Assembly: GCA_046290465.1 (NCBI GenBank)
Contig: JBKAGP010000001.1
Span: 1-64,000, forward strand
Reading direction: 5' to 3'
DNA from: Planctomycetota bacterium
GTDB taxonomy: Bacteria; Planctomycetota; UBA1135; UBA2386
Length of the DNA: 64,000 nucleotides
Made by a program: the position numbers and the translations under genes. Below the pieces are notes generated by a model. The model searched no databases. It was given only the letters and a program-made list of their open reading frames with translations, and was not told where the DNA came from. Positions 19,548-28,747 of this stretch are shown here, piece by piece (position 1 is the first letter of the stretch; the number at the start of each line of letters is the position of its first letter).

Positions 19548-20248
19548 TTCGGGGCCTCCGTCGGCAGGCGGGTCTCGCTGCTGGTGTCGATCGTCAGGCG
19601 GTAGCCGAACCACGCGTTGTCGAGCACGGCGTGCGGCGGCAGGGCCCACTCCGAATCGGCCCACTCCGGATCGGCCCATTGCGGATCGGCGTCGCCGGAC
19701 CGGGTCCATCGGTACGAGATCCGGATGGTGCCGTCGCGGGCGCCGTCGAGCCGCGTGAACGTGCGTTCGCGCAGCCTGCCGTCGGCCCAGCGCTCGGTGA
19801 TGCGTTCGCCGTCGCGGTCGGCGCTGCGCTCACCGTCCTGCATGTCGTCGTCGAACCACGGGAAGAACGCGCGCTGCACGTCGAGCAGGATGAATCGCGG
19901 CGGGATCACCATCTGCTCGGGGATGTTGTTGACGACGTCGATGCCGTCGGGGCCCTGCTCGATCGAGAACCCGATCGAGCCCATCGGCGACAGCCCGATC
20001 ACGGTCAGCGTGTCGCCGCGTCGCTGCACGGCGGCGTCGAAGCCGCGCTCCTGCGGTGGCTGGCCGGGCGCCTGCCACGACGCGGTCACGCGCTGCTGCC
20101 AGACGGCCTCGACCGGCAGCGTCGCCGGCGCCTGCAGCGTGCCCGGGTAGTCGGCATCGCGCAGGACGACGGGTCGGGGGGTTCGGCACGCGGCGAACGC
20201 CAGGCAGACGCCGAGCGTCGTCAGCAACGGGATGGGGGAGCGGGTCAC
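19544..20248 (-). CDS. DUF3261-like lipoprotein
   Basis: Lipobox AFAAC; LTVIGLSPMG, PPRFILLDVQ, NAWFGYRLTI; this family is typical of aryl polyene clusters. Confidence 0.75.
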   Translation of the reverse strand: MTRSPIPLLTTLGVCLAFAACRTPRPVVLRDADYPGTLQAPATLPVEAVWQQRVTASWQAPGQPPQERGFDAAVQRRGDTLTVIGLSPMGSIGFSIEQGPDGIDVVNNIPEQMVIPPRFILLDVQRAFFPWFDDDMQDGERSADRDGERITERWADGRLRERTFTRLDGARDGTIRISYRWTRSGDADPQWADPEWADSEWALPPHAVLDNAWFGYRLTIDTSSETRLPTEAPK

Positions 20249-22626
20249 GGGTGCGTTCCAGGCGCGGTGCGCGAGGCGAGCGCGCAGACGGTCGGGGCCA
20301 GGACGAGGCACAGTAGCACGCCGACCGCGGATGTCAGCCCGATGTGGAACAACGGCGGCTGCGACGACAGCGACAGCAGGCCGAAGCCGAGCATCGTCGA
20401 CGCGCCGGCGAGCGTCACCGCCAGCAGCGTCGCGTCGCGCTGCACTTCGTCGTCGCGGTGTTCGGCCAAGAACACGCCGTAGTCGACCCCCATGCTGACG
20501 ACCATCAGCAGCGCGACCAGCGACAGCATGTTGAGTTCGAGGCCGAGCAGCGTCAGCACGGCCGCGGTGCCGGCCGCGCCGAGCACCGCCGGCACGTACG
20601 CGATCAGCGTCGGACGGAGCGCGCGGTGGCGCACCGCGACCAGCAGCAGCACCGCGCCGAGCCCGAGCATCCACAGCTGCAGCAGCCGCTGTCGGTAGGC
20701 GCCGTAGGCGCCGCCCAGCGTGCCGGCGATGTCGATCAGCCGGCCGCCGTCGACGTCGGCGAGAGCCGCGCGCAACGCCGTCTCGTCGTGCAGGTCGTGC
20801 AGGAACGTCACGAAGCCGACGCCGCCGCTCCACGTGAACCGGAACGGCTCGACCATCTGCGCGAGCGGGCCGCCGGCCAGGTCGCGGTAGCGCAGCGGTG
20901 CGGGCGGCTCCTGGGCGACGAAGGCCTGCCAGCGCGCGAACGCGGCCGGCACGAATTGGTGCGCCCGCAGCGCCCGCTCGAGCCGCGGCCACAGCGTCTC
21001 GTCGCCGCGCACGGCCGCGTCGACCGCGCGCTGGGTCGCGGCCGACGGCAGCATCGGCGCCAGGCTGCGGAAGCCGGACAGCGCGCCGTCGGCGACCAGC
21101 GGCGCGAGCGCTCTCTCGACCCGTTCGTTGGCCTGCAGCGCGGCCTCCTCGTCGGCGCCCGTGGCGACCACCAGGCGGCGCTGTTCGAAGCGCACCACGC
21201 GGGCGCGCACCGCCTCGTCCCGGGCCTGGATCTCCGGGTCGATCTTGTTCAGGTCGGCGAGGCCGTCGTTCCAGCGCAGCTGCGGCAGGCCGACGGCGAC
21301 GGCGAGCAGCACCAGTACGATCGGAGCGGCGAGCGCGATCCGGCTGCGGTCCGGGGCGAAGAACGTGCGGCGCAGCAGCGCGGCGAGGCCGCTGGCGATC
21401 GCGGTCGGCCGGGCGCGCCGGCTGGCCAGCGCCGGCAGGAACAACCAGGTCGACAGCGCCGCTGCGGCGATGCCGAAGGTCGCGAACACCGCCAGCTGCC
21501 GCAGACCGGGAAAGCTCGACGCGACCAGCGCCAGGAACCCGGTGATCGTCGTCAGCGCGCCGAGCCCGAGCCCCGGCCAGACCCGTCGCAGCGACGCACG
21601 TGGCGAACTGCCGTCACCGGCGTGCAGGTGGTGGCAGTGGAAGTGCACGCCGTAGTCGACGCTGACGCCGATCAAGGCGGCGCCGAACGCCAGCGTCAGG
21701 CCGTGCACCGAGTCGAACCACAACAGGCACGCGGTGGTGCCGCACAGAAAGCCCATGCCGAGGATCGGCAGCACCAGCAGCAGCAGACGCAGCGATCGGA
21801 ACAACAGCAGGAACAGCGTCGTCAGGCCGATCGCCGAGCCGATGCTGACGCGCTGGATGTCGGAACGGATGCCCGCCTCGGCAGCCAGCGCGAACAGGTG
21901 GGTGCCGCTCTGGTGCAGCGTCAGCCCGCCGCCGGAGCGCTGCTCGGCGCGCGCGAACGCCGCGTCGATGCCGGCCAGCAGCGGCCGCATCGCGGTCGCG
22001 TTGGTCATCGGGATCGTCGTCGTCAGGAACAGCACCGCGCCGTCCTCGGCCTCGGTGACGAACCGACCGTCGACCAGCTTCAGGCCCTCGCCGCGGCCGG
22101 CCATCAGCCGTTCGAACAGCTGCGGCAGCAGCCGCAGCGGGTCCTCGGGCACGACCTTGACCAGCAGCGTCGACATCGGCGTCTGCAGCTTGCGCTTGAG
22201 CTCGGCGATCGACGCATCGAGCGCATCGTCGGTCAGCTGTCTTTGGGCGGCGTCGGCGTCGGGCGCGGCGAACGCGACGCGGTGCCGCCGGTAGGTCTGC
22301 CACATCGCGTCCTCGACCGCCTCGCCGGAGCCGGTCACCAGCCGCTGCAGGTGCTCGGCGACGACCGGCTCGGCGCGCAGTTCCTGCTCGAACCGGCGGC
22401 TCGCCGCGGCCGCCGCGCTGGCGTCCTCGGCGTCGACCAGCAGCACCATCGTGCGGCTCAGTTCGCCGGCCGCGAGTTCGCGCGCCAGGTGCACGTCGTC
22501 GTGGTCCGCGCCCCGAGGCAGGAAGTGGGTGATGTCGGTCGCGACGTCGATGCGCAGCGCCACGACGGTGGCGAGCAACGCCAGCAGTGCGGTGCCGACC
22601 AGCAGGAAGCGTCGCTCGCGGCTCAC
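20245..22626 (-). CDS. MMPL/RND-family exporter (ApeN-like)
   Basis: TDITHFLP, LIGVSVDYGVH and MGVDYGVF repeats; two TM bundles. Confidence 0.9.
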   Translation of the reverse strand: MSRERRFLLVGTALLALLATVVALRIDVATDITHFLPRGADHDDVHLARELAAGELSRTMVLLVDAEDASAAAAASRRFEQELRAEPVVAEHLQRLVTGSGEAVEDAMWQTYRRHRVAFAAPDADAAQRQLTDDALDASIAELKRKLQTPMSTLLVKVVPEDPLRLLPQLFERLMAGRGEGLKLVDGRFVTEAEDGAVLFLTTTIPMTNATAMRPLLAGIDAAFARAEQRSGGGLTLHQSGTHLFALAAEAGIRSDIQRVSIGSAIGLTTLFLLLFRSLRLLLLVLPILGMGFLCGTTACLLWFDSVHGLTLAFGAALIGVSVDYGVHFHCHHLHAGDGSSPRASLRRVWPGLGLGALTTITGFLALVASSFPGLRQLAVFATFGIAAAALSTWLFLPALASRRARPTAIASGLAALLRRTFFAPDRSRIALAAPIVLVLLAVAVGLPQLRWNDGLADLNKIDPEIQARDEAVRARVVRFEQRRLVVATGADEEAALQANERVERALAPLVADGALSGFRSLAPMLPSAATQRAVDAAVRGDETLWPRLERALRAHQFVPAAFARWQAFVAQEPPAPLRYRDLAGGPLAQMVEPFRFTWSGGVGFVTFLHDLHDETALRAALADVDGGRLIDIAGTLGGAYGAYRQRLLQLWMLGLGAVLLLVAVRHRALRPTLIAYVPAVLGAAGTAAVLTLLGLELNMLSLVALLMVVSMGVDYGVFLAEHRDDEVQRDATLLAVTLAGASTMLGFGLLSLSSQPPLFHIGLTSAVGVLLCLVLAPTVCALASRTAPGTHP

Positions 22627-23468
22627 TTGGTCTTGGACGTGGCGGCCGGTCGGATGCCGAAGATCTCGCGCTTCTCCGCTGCGGTGAACGTGCGCTCGGG
22701 ATCGACCTCGTCGATCGTCGTCACGGTGCGGTCGCCGCTCGGCTCGAGCAGTTCGATACGGGTGACGGCCTCGCCGTCGCCGAACAGCGACAGCTGCGCG
22801 AGGATCTTGTCGAGCGGGGCTTTCTTCGGGACCAGCTCGAGGTGCCAGCGCGTCGCGTGCTCCGCGTCGAGCACGTAGCGGACCCGATAGTGCTGCTGCA
22901 GCGCCTTCTGGTCGCCCTGGAAGATGCGCATCAGCGAGGTCACGAACAGCCGCACCCGATCGCTCTGGCGCAGATCGATGACCTCGGTGCCGTTGGCGTC
23001 GGCCATGCGCAGCTCGTCCTCGGTGATCGTCAGCTTGCTCTTCTCGGGCTTCTCGACGCTGCGCACCAGGTGGCCCTTCTTCTGCTTGCCTTCGGCGAGG
23101 AAGTGCAGCTTGCCACGGCTCTGCAGCGGCACGGCCAGCAGGCTCAGGTGCTTCTTCTCGGTGTAGCTGGCGGACATGCCGCGCAGCTTGCCGAACATCG
23201 CGAACAGGGCCGCGCGGTCCTTGGGGCGCGCCGGTTCGTCGCCCTGCGGCTCGGCCGCCTTCTGGTCCTTCGCCGCCTTCTGGTCGTTCGCGTGCTCCTG
23301 GCCCTTCGCGGGATCTTGGCCCTTCGCGGGATCTTGGCCCGTGGCCTTCTCCTGGGTGCGCACCTGCGGCTTCTGCACCGTCGCGGCTGCGGCCAACAGC
23401 GACGACGTCGTCGTGCCGGACATCACGACCGCCAGCAGCGACAGCACCGAGGTCGCGGCTCTCGCCAT
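22623..23468 (-). CDS. LolA-like lipoprotein/lipid carrier (ApeM-like)
   Basis: Signal peptide; YTEKKHLSLLAVPLQSRG, WHLELVPK, IELLEPSGDRT; start uncertain (23522 is an alternative). Confidence 0.82.
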   Translation of the reverse strand: MARAATSVLSLLAVVMSGTTTSSLLAAAATVQKPQVRTQEKATGQDPAKGQDPAKGQEHANDQKAAKDQKAAEPQGDEPARPKDRAALFAMFGKLRGMSASYTEKKHLSLLAVPLQSRGKLHFLAEGKQKKGHLVRSVEKPEKSKLTITEDELRMADANGTEVIDLRQSDRVRLFVTSLMRIFQGDQKALQQHYRVRYVLDAEHATRWHLELVPKKAPLDKILAQLSLFGDGEAVTRIELLEPSGDRTVTTIDEVDPERTFTAAEKREIFGIRPAATSKTK

Positions 23469-23490
23469 CGTGGCAGTGGCCGACAGACCG

Positions 23491-23991
23491 TTACGAGACC
23501 GGCAGACGTTCGAGGATGCCATCGGGGGTGTTGGTGTGGAGGTTGCCCTGCACGTCGGTGGTCGCGAGCACGGTCACCGCGCGCGCGCTCCAGCGATCGG
23601 TGTCGAGGTTGTGCACGTCGTAGGCGACCTTGATCAGCGGCGAGGCCTGCAGGAACCAGGCGGTCACGGACAGGTGCTGATCGTAGAGGATCGGCGCCAT
23701 GTAGCGACAGCTGGCGTCGACGACGAACATCTTGCAGCCGAGCGCCATCATCGCCGGCACCGCCAGGTCGACGCTGCGGAACAGCTCCGTGCGCGCCTGC
23801 TCGAGCCATTCGAAGTAGCGGCCGTGCCAGACGACCGCCAGCGGATCGCACTGGTGCAGCCCGGCGCGGAAGCGCACCGTGACCGCGTGATCGGGGCGCT
23901 TGGGTCGGCCGCCGCTACTCGGTGGGCTGCTCGGTGCGCTCGCGCTCGCCTGCGGATCCGTCCCCGGAGGTGTCGTCTTGCCAGAAGTCAT
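23491..23991 (-). CDS. 4HBT-like acyl-CoA thioesterase (ApeK-like)
   Basis: CDPLAVVWHGRYFEWLEQAR hot-dog motif; start uncertain (77-nt overlap with the upstream gene). Confidence 0.87.
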   Translation of the reverse strand: MTSGKTTPPGTDPQASASAPSSPPSSGGRPKRPDHAVTVRFRAGLHQCDPLAVVWHGRYFEWLEQARTELFRSVDLAVPAMMALGCKMFVVDASCRYMAPILYDQHLSVTAWFLQASPLIKVAYDVHNLDTDRWSARAVTVLATTDVQGNLHTNTPDGILERLPVS

Positions 23992-24901
23992 AGAAGTTGA
24001 ACCAGTTGTCGGGCGCAGAACGCGCGTAGTGCTCGAGCCGGTCGGCGTAGCGCTGCACGACCTCCTGCAGCGCGGCTTCGCGCGTGCGACGCGGTAGATG
24101 CAGGCGGTCGGCGAACGGCTCGCACGACAGGTCGTAGCGGTTGGGCCGGCGATACAGGCCGAAGGTCAGGTAGACCGGGCACTTCATCAGCGACGCCAGC
24201 AGGAACGGGCCGGCCGGGAAGCGCGCCTGCTGGCCGAAGAACGTCGCCTCGACGGTGCGCTCGTTGAGTCCGGTGCGGTCGCCGAGCAGCGCGACGAAGT
24301 CGCCGGCCTCGATCCGGTCGTGCACGCGCGCCATCTGGCCGACTGGGTCGTCGCCGATGTGGATCACGGTCGCCGCGCGTTCGGGATCGAGCTTCTCGAG
24401 CAGCGCGTTGATCATGCGGGCGTTGGCGAAGTGGCCGAGGATGTTGATCCGGATGCGATCCTCTTCGCCGCCGCTGCGCATCGCCTCGAAGCTGCCGAGG
24501 TGGCCACCGAGCAGCACGGCGCCGCGGCCGGTCGCGAACTGCTCGGCCAGGAAGTGGTCGCCGGTGCGCGTGAACGTGAACGCGCGCGCCTTGCCGCTGA
24601 CCAGGAAGACGCGATCGAGCGTGACCTGCGCAAACGTGTGGATGTGGCGGAACGTCTGCCAGAAGGTCGGTTCGGCGCCGTGCACGCGACGCAGCCAGTC
24701 GCGCGATGCGGCCACCGCCTGCTTGTCGGTCAGCCGGTAGAACAGTGCGATCACGTACACCAGCGGCTTCATCAGCGTGCGCCCGATCAGCTGCGCCAGC
24801 CGGAACGTCGCGTGGATCAAGAACACCGTGCCGCGCTCGCCCTGGCTCAGCCAGGTGTCGCGTTCGTCCGCGTTCGCCGCCTCGACGGGCTGCGCGCTCA
24901 A
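23915..24901 (-). CDS. LpxL-like lipid acyltransferase
   Basis: HLGSFE, VALLGDR, FFGQQARFPAGP, PDNWFNFYDFW; TTG start overlaps the upstream stop. Confidence 0.9.
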   Translation of the reverse strand: MSAQPVEAANADERDTWLSQGERGTVFLIHATFRLAQLIGRTLMKPLVYVIALFYRLTDKQAVAASRDWLRRVHGAEPTFWQTFRHIHTFAQVTLDRVFLVSGKARAFTFTRTGDHFLAEQFATGRGAVLLGGHLGSFEAMRSGGEEDRIRINILGHFANARMINALLEKLDPERAATVIHIGDDPVGQMARVHDRIEAGDFVALLGDRTGLNERTVEATFFGQQARFPAGPFLLASLMKCPVYLTFGLYRRPNRYDLSCEPFADRLHLPRRTREAALQEVVQRYADRLEHYARSAPDNWFNFYDFWQDDTSGDGSAGERERTEQPTE

Positions 24902-25656
24902 CGGGCCACCTCCGCGCGGCGGCCGCGGCCGAACGGCCACAGCCGGCGGAACGTCCAGCGCATGCAGCCGAGCGTGCACAGCTTGCTGTGCATCCACGCG
25001 AAGCGCAGGTTGTCGCGCAGCGGGTGGAAGTGCGAGACGCCGCCTTCGTCGACGCTCAGGTAGCGCACCGCGACCGGCAGGTTGACGGTGGGGGCGCCGC
25101 GCCGGACCGCCTCGACGGCGACTTCGATGTCGAAGTCCATGCGGTCGCCGACGTGCTCGAGATCGGCGACGACCGCCAGCGGGTAGATGCGGAAGCCGAT
25201 CATCGCGTCGCGGATCTTGCCGCGTCCGCCGACTTCGACCGCGACCCAGAAGTCGGTCAGGCCGCGCGCGATCCGGCGCGAGCGCGGCGCGGTCGCGTCG
25301 TACTCGGGGTAGCCGAGGATCAGCGCGTCGGGGTTGCTGCGCGCCGCCTCGGCGAACGCCTCGATCCGGTCCAGGTCGTGCTGGCCGTCGGCGTCGATCT
25401 GGAACGCGTGGCTGTAGCCGAGCTCGCGCGCCTTGCGAAAGCCGTGCTTGCAGGCCGCACCCTTGCCGCCGTTGTCGGGGCGGTGCAGCACCGTCGCGAG
25501 ACCGTCGGCCGCGATCGCCTCACAGGCGGCGCGGCCATCGGGGCCGCTGCCGTCGTCGACGACGAGCACGTCGAGCCCGCGCGCGCGGATCCGTTCGACC
25601 ACACCGCGCACCGTGCGCGGGTTGTCGTAGGTCGGCACCAGCGCGACCAGCTTCAC
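24898..25656 (-). CDS. Glycosyltransferase family 2
   Basis: VPTYD, VVDDGS, NGGKGAA, QIDADGQHD, GFRIYPL, GGVSHF. Confidence 0.93.
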   Translation of the reverse strand: MKLVALVPTYDNPRTVRGVVERIRARGLDVLVVDDGSGPDGRAACEAIAADGLATVLHRPDNGGKGAACKHGFRKARELGYSHAFQIDADGQHDLDRIEAFAEAARSNPDALILGYPEYDATAPRSRRIARGLTDFWVAVEVGGRGKIRDAMIGFRIYPLAVVADLEHVGDRMDFDIEVAVEAVRRGAPTVNLPVAVRYLSVDEGGVSHFHPLRDNLRFAWMHSKLCTLGCMRWTFRRLWPFGRGRRAEVAR

Positions 25657-26930
25657 GAGGTCGGACCTCCGGCCGTCGTCAGCGGCGGCACCTCGGCGGC
25701 GAACACCAGTCGCCCGGCCGTGCAGCGGGTCTCGCCGCGACGGACCTCGAAGGTGACCTTGCTGCGGTCCTGCTGGCGCTGCAGCGCGACGTCGATGGTC
25801 TCACCGGGCACGAACCGGGCCAGGAACTTGATGCCGTCGAGCTGCTGCAGCTGCGGCAGCTCGCCGACCAGCGCGCGCAGCCGCGGTAGCACCAGTTCGT
25901 GCAGCTGCACACCCCCGGCGAGCACCGGGTAGCCGGTGAAGTGGCCTTCGTAGAACAGGTAGTCGGCCGGCAGCTCGGTGCGGAACGTCGCGTCGTCGTC
26001 GCGGCGGCAGACCTCGGTCCAGTCCAGCTCGCGCTGGACCGGCTGGCCGTCGCGGCCGAGGCCGAAGCGCAGGCAAAGCTCGGCGCGCAGCGGCTGGCCG
26101 TTGGGGTCGCGCGGGATCGACTCCAGCGCCACCGTGTCGGCCACCGTGTCGGACATCGTGTTGGCCACCGCGTCTGCCATCGTGGCGGCGAGCTCGGCGG
26201 CGCCGTCGCCGACCACGGCGACCAGGGCCCGGCCCTGGCGATCGTGCACGATCGCCGCGTCGTCGATGCCCGGATGCGCCAACAGCTGCTGCAGGCGTTC
26301 GGTGTGTCGGCTGGTCGTCGGCGGCACCCCGGGCAGCTCCAGCGTCGCGACCCGGCGGGCGTCGGCGGCGAGTTTGGCGTGGCCGCGCAGGGCCGCCAGC
26401 GTGTCGAGGAACAGCGACGAGGCCAGGCCCGGCGTGGCCGGGCCGTCGCCGCGTTCGGGGCGCTGCCGGGCGACGGTGTCGGTCGCGTCGGCGAGCTGCT
26501 GCGGGTCCCAGCTGCACCAGTGCAGGTCGCCGTCGTCGGTCTGCACGTGCACGGCCAGCATCGGCTTCGGCAGCGGAGCTTCCGCCGGCGGCTCGGCGCC
26601 GGCGTCGCGGCCTTGGTCGTCGCGCGCCAGCAGCTGCGGCACCTGCAGCGTGCGCCCCGAGTCGGTGTCGTGCAGCAGGTGGCGGACCGCCTCGTGTTCG
26701 AGCACGGGCATGATGCGTTCGCGCAGGGTGTTCTCGACGACGGCGGCGCCGTGGCCGCGCAGCCAGCAGGCGAGCAGCGACGCGGCGAAGGCGTGGCGGT
26801 CGCGACCGAACGCGAGCGCCACCATCGAGCCCGGCGTCGCCGCCGGCAGGTGGGCGGCGATGCGCTGCGCATCGCGCAGCAGGCGGTCGCGCAGGTCGCC
26901 CTGCAGCTGGATCCAGTCGTGCAGCTTCAT
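25653..26930 (-). CDS. Degenerate AMP-ligase-like region fused to an ApeI/FabZ-like dehydratase
   Basis: FAASLLACW, LLAHPGIDDA and ESIPRDPNGQ are ANL-fold remnants with no TSGSTG P-loop; C-terminal FYEGHFTGYPVLAG...IKF hot-dog domain. Confidence 0.78.
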   Translation of the reverse strand: MKLHDWIQLQGDLRDRLLRDAQRIAAHLPAATPGSMVALAFGRDRHAFAASLLACWLRGHGAAVVENTLRERIMPVLEHEAVRHLLHDTDSGRTLQVPQLLARDDQGRDAGAEPPAEAPLPKPMLAVHVQTDDGDLHWCSWDPQQLADATDTVARQRPERGDGPATPGLASSLFLDTLAALRGHAKLAADARRVATLELPGVPPTTSRHTERLQQLLAHPGIDDAAIVHDRQGRALVAVVGDGAAELAATMADAVANTMSDTVADTVALESIPRDPNGQPLRAELCLRFGLGRDGQPVQRELDWTEVCRRDDDATFRTELPADYLFYEGHFTGYPVLAGGVQLHELVLPRLRALVGELPQLQQLDGIKFLARFVPGETIDVALQRQQDRSKVTFEVRRGETRCTAGRLVFAAEVPPLTTAGGPTS

Positions 26931-26934
26931 CCGT

Positions 26935-27543
26935 TCAGGCGGTCTCGTCGGGGGTCTTGCGCTTGCGCACGTCGGGGAAGCGCACGCGCCGCAGCAGCCA
27001 TTCGATCGCGAACAGGCTGCCGATCAACGCGTAGCACAAGAGGCCGTTGTAGAGCGCCCACCACTTCATGTCGGCGAAGATCGCGAGCAGGGCTGCGGTG
27101 GTGCCGTTGGCGACGAAGAAGGCGCACCAGATCCACGTCCACATCCGGCACCAGGCCTGCTTGTCGCGGTCGAGTTCCTTCTCCTGCAGGCGCGCGAACC
27201 GTTCGATCATCGGCATGCTGCCGGGACGCAGCGTGATGCCGAACGACAGCAGCAGCACGACGTTGGTGGCGACCGGCGTGGCGAGGATGTATTCGCTGCC
27301 GTCGAGCAGCGCGGCGACCACCAGGATCAGCAGGATCGTCGCCGGCACCGCGGCGAGGCCGCGCACGTTCTTGGGCGCGTTGCCCTTGCCGGCCCGGAAC
27401 AGCATCGCCGGCACCATCACGCACAGCAGCACGATGGCGACCTGGCGCGGCGAGCCCGACGACAGCCCGATCCAGACGAACGCCGGGTAGGCGACCAGCG
27501 CGATCGCCGCGAGCACGCGCACCAGGATGGCCCAGATCTTCAC
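26935..27543 (-). CDS. COG4648-like membrane protein (ApeG-like)
   Basis: PMIERFARL, WCAFFVANG, WALYNGLLCY, FAIEWLLR. Confidence 0.87.
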   Translation of the reverse strand: MKIWAILVRVLAAIALVAYPAFVWIGLSSGSPRQVAIVLLCVMVPAMLFRAGKGNAPKNVRGLAAVPATILLILVVAALLDGSEYILATPVATNVVLLLSFGITLRPGSMPMIERFARLQEKELDRDKQAWCRMWTWIWCAFFVANGTTAALLAIFADMKWWALYNGLLCYALIGSLFAIEWLLRRVRFPDVRKRKTPDETA

Positions 27544-27571
27544 GTCTTGGCCACCACGGCCGGCACCGGGA

Positions 27572-27856
27572 TCAGGACTCGGACGAGGCCGCTTCGGCCT
27601 GCTTCTCCTGGATGAACTTCACCAGCGAACCGACCGAGTGATAGTACTCGCGATTGCGCTCGTCGTTCTCCTGGGTGCGCACGCCGAACTCCTTGTGGAA
27701 CGCGAGCGCCAGCTCGAGCGCGTCGATCGAGTCGAGGCCGAGGCCTTCGCCGAACAGCGGCGCGTCGGTCTCGATGCTCGCGGGTTCGACGTCCTCGAGG
27801 GCGAGCGTCTCGACGATGATCTCCTTGATGCGGGCGGCTAGCTGGTCTTCTGACAT
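27572..27856 (-). CDS. Acyl carrier protein (ApeE-like)
   Basis: PLFGEGLGLDSIDALEL phosphopantetheine motif; AAGGA RBS. Confidence 0.95.
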   Translation of the reverse strand: MSEDQLAARIKEIIVETLALEDVEPASIETDAPLFGEGLGLDSIDALELALAFHKEFGVRTQENDERNREYYHSVGSLVKFIQEKQAEAASSES

Positions 27857-28665
27857 TCGGTTTCCTTTGCGTCGGGATCGTACGAGCGCGACCCGGCAGC
27901 CGCAACCTTGCGGATCCACTCGCGGTAGCGCCGTTCGACCCGGCTGCGCAGCGCGCGGCTGCTGTCGGTGCCGTCGGGTTCGTCGACGGCCAGCACGTCG
28001 ATGCACATCCGCGGGGTCGGATGCGGCGGGCGGAACAGCGGCACCTGCTTGGACAGGTAGACCGGCTCGCACGTGATCGCGAGCGACACCAGCGGCACCC
28101 GGGCGCGGCAGGCGATCTCGAACGCGACGCGCCCGAACGGCATCAGCCCGCCCGGCGGCGAACGGGTGCCCTCGGGGAAGATCACCACCGGGATGCCCCA
28201 GGACAGCCGTTCGACGACGTCGTCGACGACCCGGCCGATCCGGATCGGGTCCGGCCCCGGGCCCTCGACGTGGCCGAGGCCGAGCATCAGCGGGCGGATC
28301 ATCGCGCGGCGGTAGACGCCGGGCTTCACGATCGAGATCGCGCCACCGAGCATCGCGGTGACCGCGGCGACGTCCATCACCGTCGGGTGGTTGGCGATCA
28401 CGACGCAGGCCCCCTGCGGCAGGTCGCCGGCGGTGCGGCGCCAGTCGAAGACCGTGATCCGCGTCCAGGTCAACCAGCGGTGCATGAACCGGTAGGCGCG
28501 CGAGGTCAGGAACTGCAGGCGGCGCGAGCGCTGCATCCGGTCCCGGCGCCATACGAAGCAGAGCAAAGCCAAAATGGCGTAGCCGAACGGCGCGAGGACC
28601 GTGTAGCCGCCGACCGTGATGACGACGTTCACGCGGCGGATCCAGTGCTTCAGGAGGTCGCTCAC
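27838..28665 (-). CDS. PlsC-family lysophospholipid acyltransferase (ApeD-like)
   Basis: NHPTVMD (HxxxxD), IFPEGTRS; start inferred. Confidence 0.9.
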   Translation of the reverse strand: MSDLLKHWIRRVNVVITVGGYTVLAPFGYAILALLCFVWRRDRMQRSRRLQFLTSRAYRFMHRWLTWTRITVFDWRRTAGDLPQGACVVIANHPTVMDVAAVTAMLGGAISIVKPGVYRRAMIRPLMLGLGHVEGPGPDPIRIGRVVDDVVERLSWGIPVVIFPEGTRSPPGGLMPFGRVAFEIACRARVPLVSLAITCEPVYLSKQVPLFRPPHPTPRMCIDVLAVDEPDGTDSSRALRSRVERRYREWIRKVAAAGSRSYDPDAKETECQKTS

Positions 28666-28747
28666 GCCGGGTTGGATCGCCTTCTGGCTGTCGCTAGCAT
28701 TTCGTTCCGGGCAGGCATTGTCCGCGCCCACCAATCGCACGCACCCT

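Noticed and set aside
23915..23991. Frameshifted acyltransferase-thioesterase fusion
   Set aside because: Both ORFs are complete with normal motifs; the overlap covers only low-complexity termini and start-site uncertainty explains it
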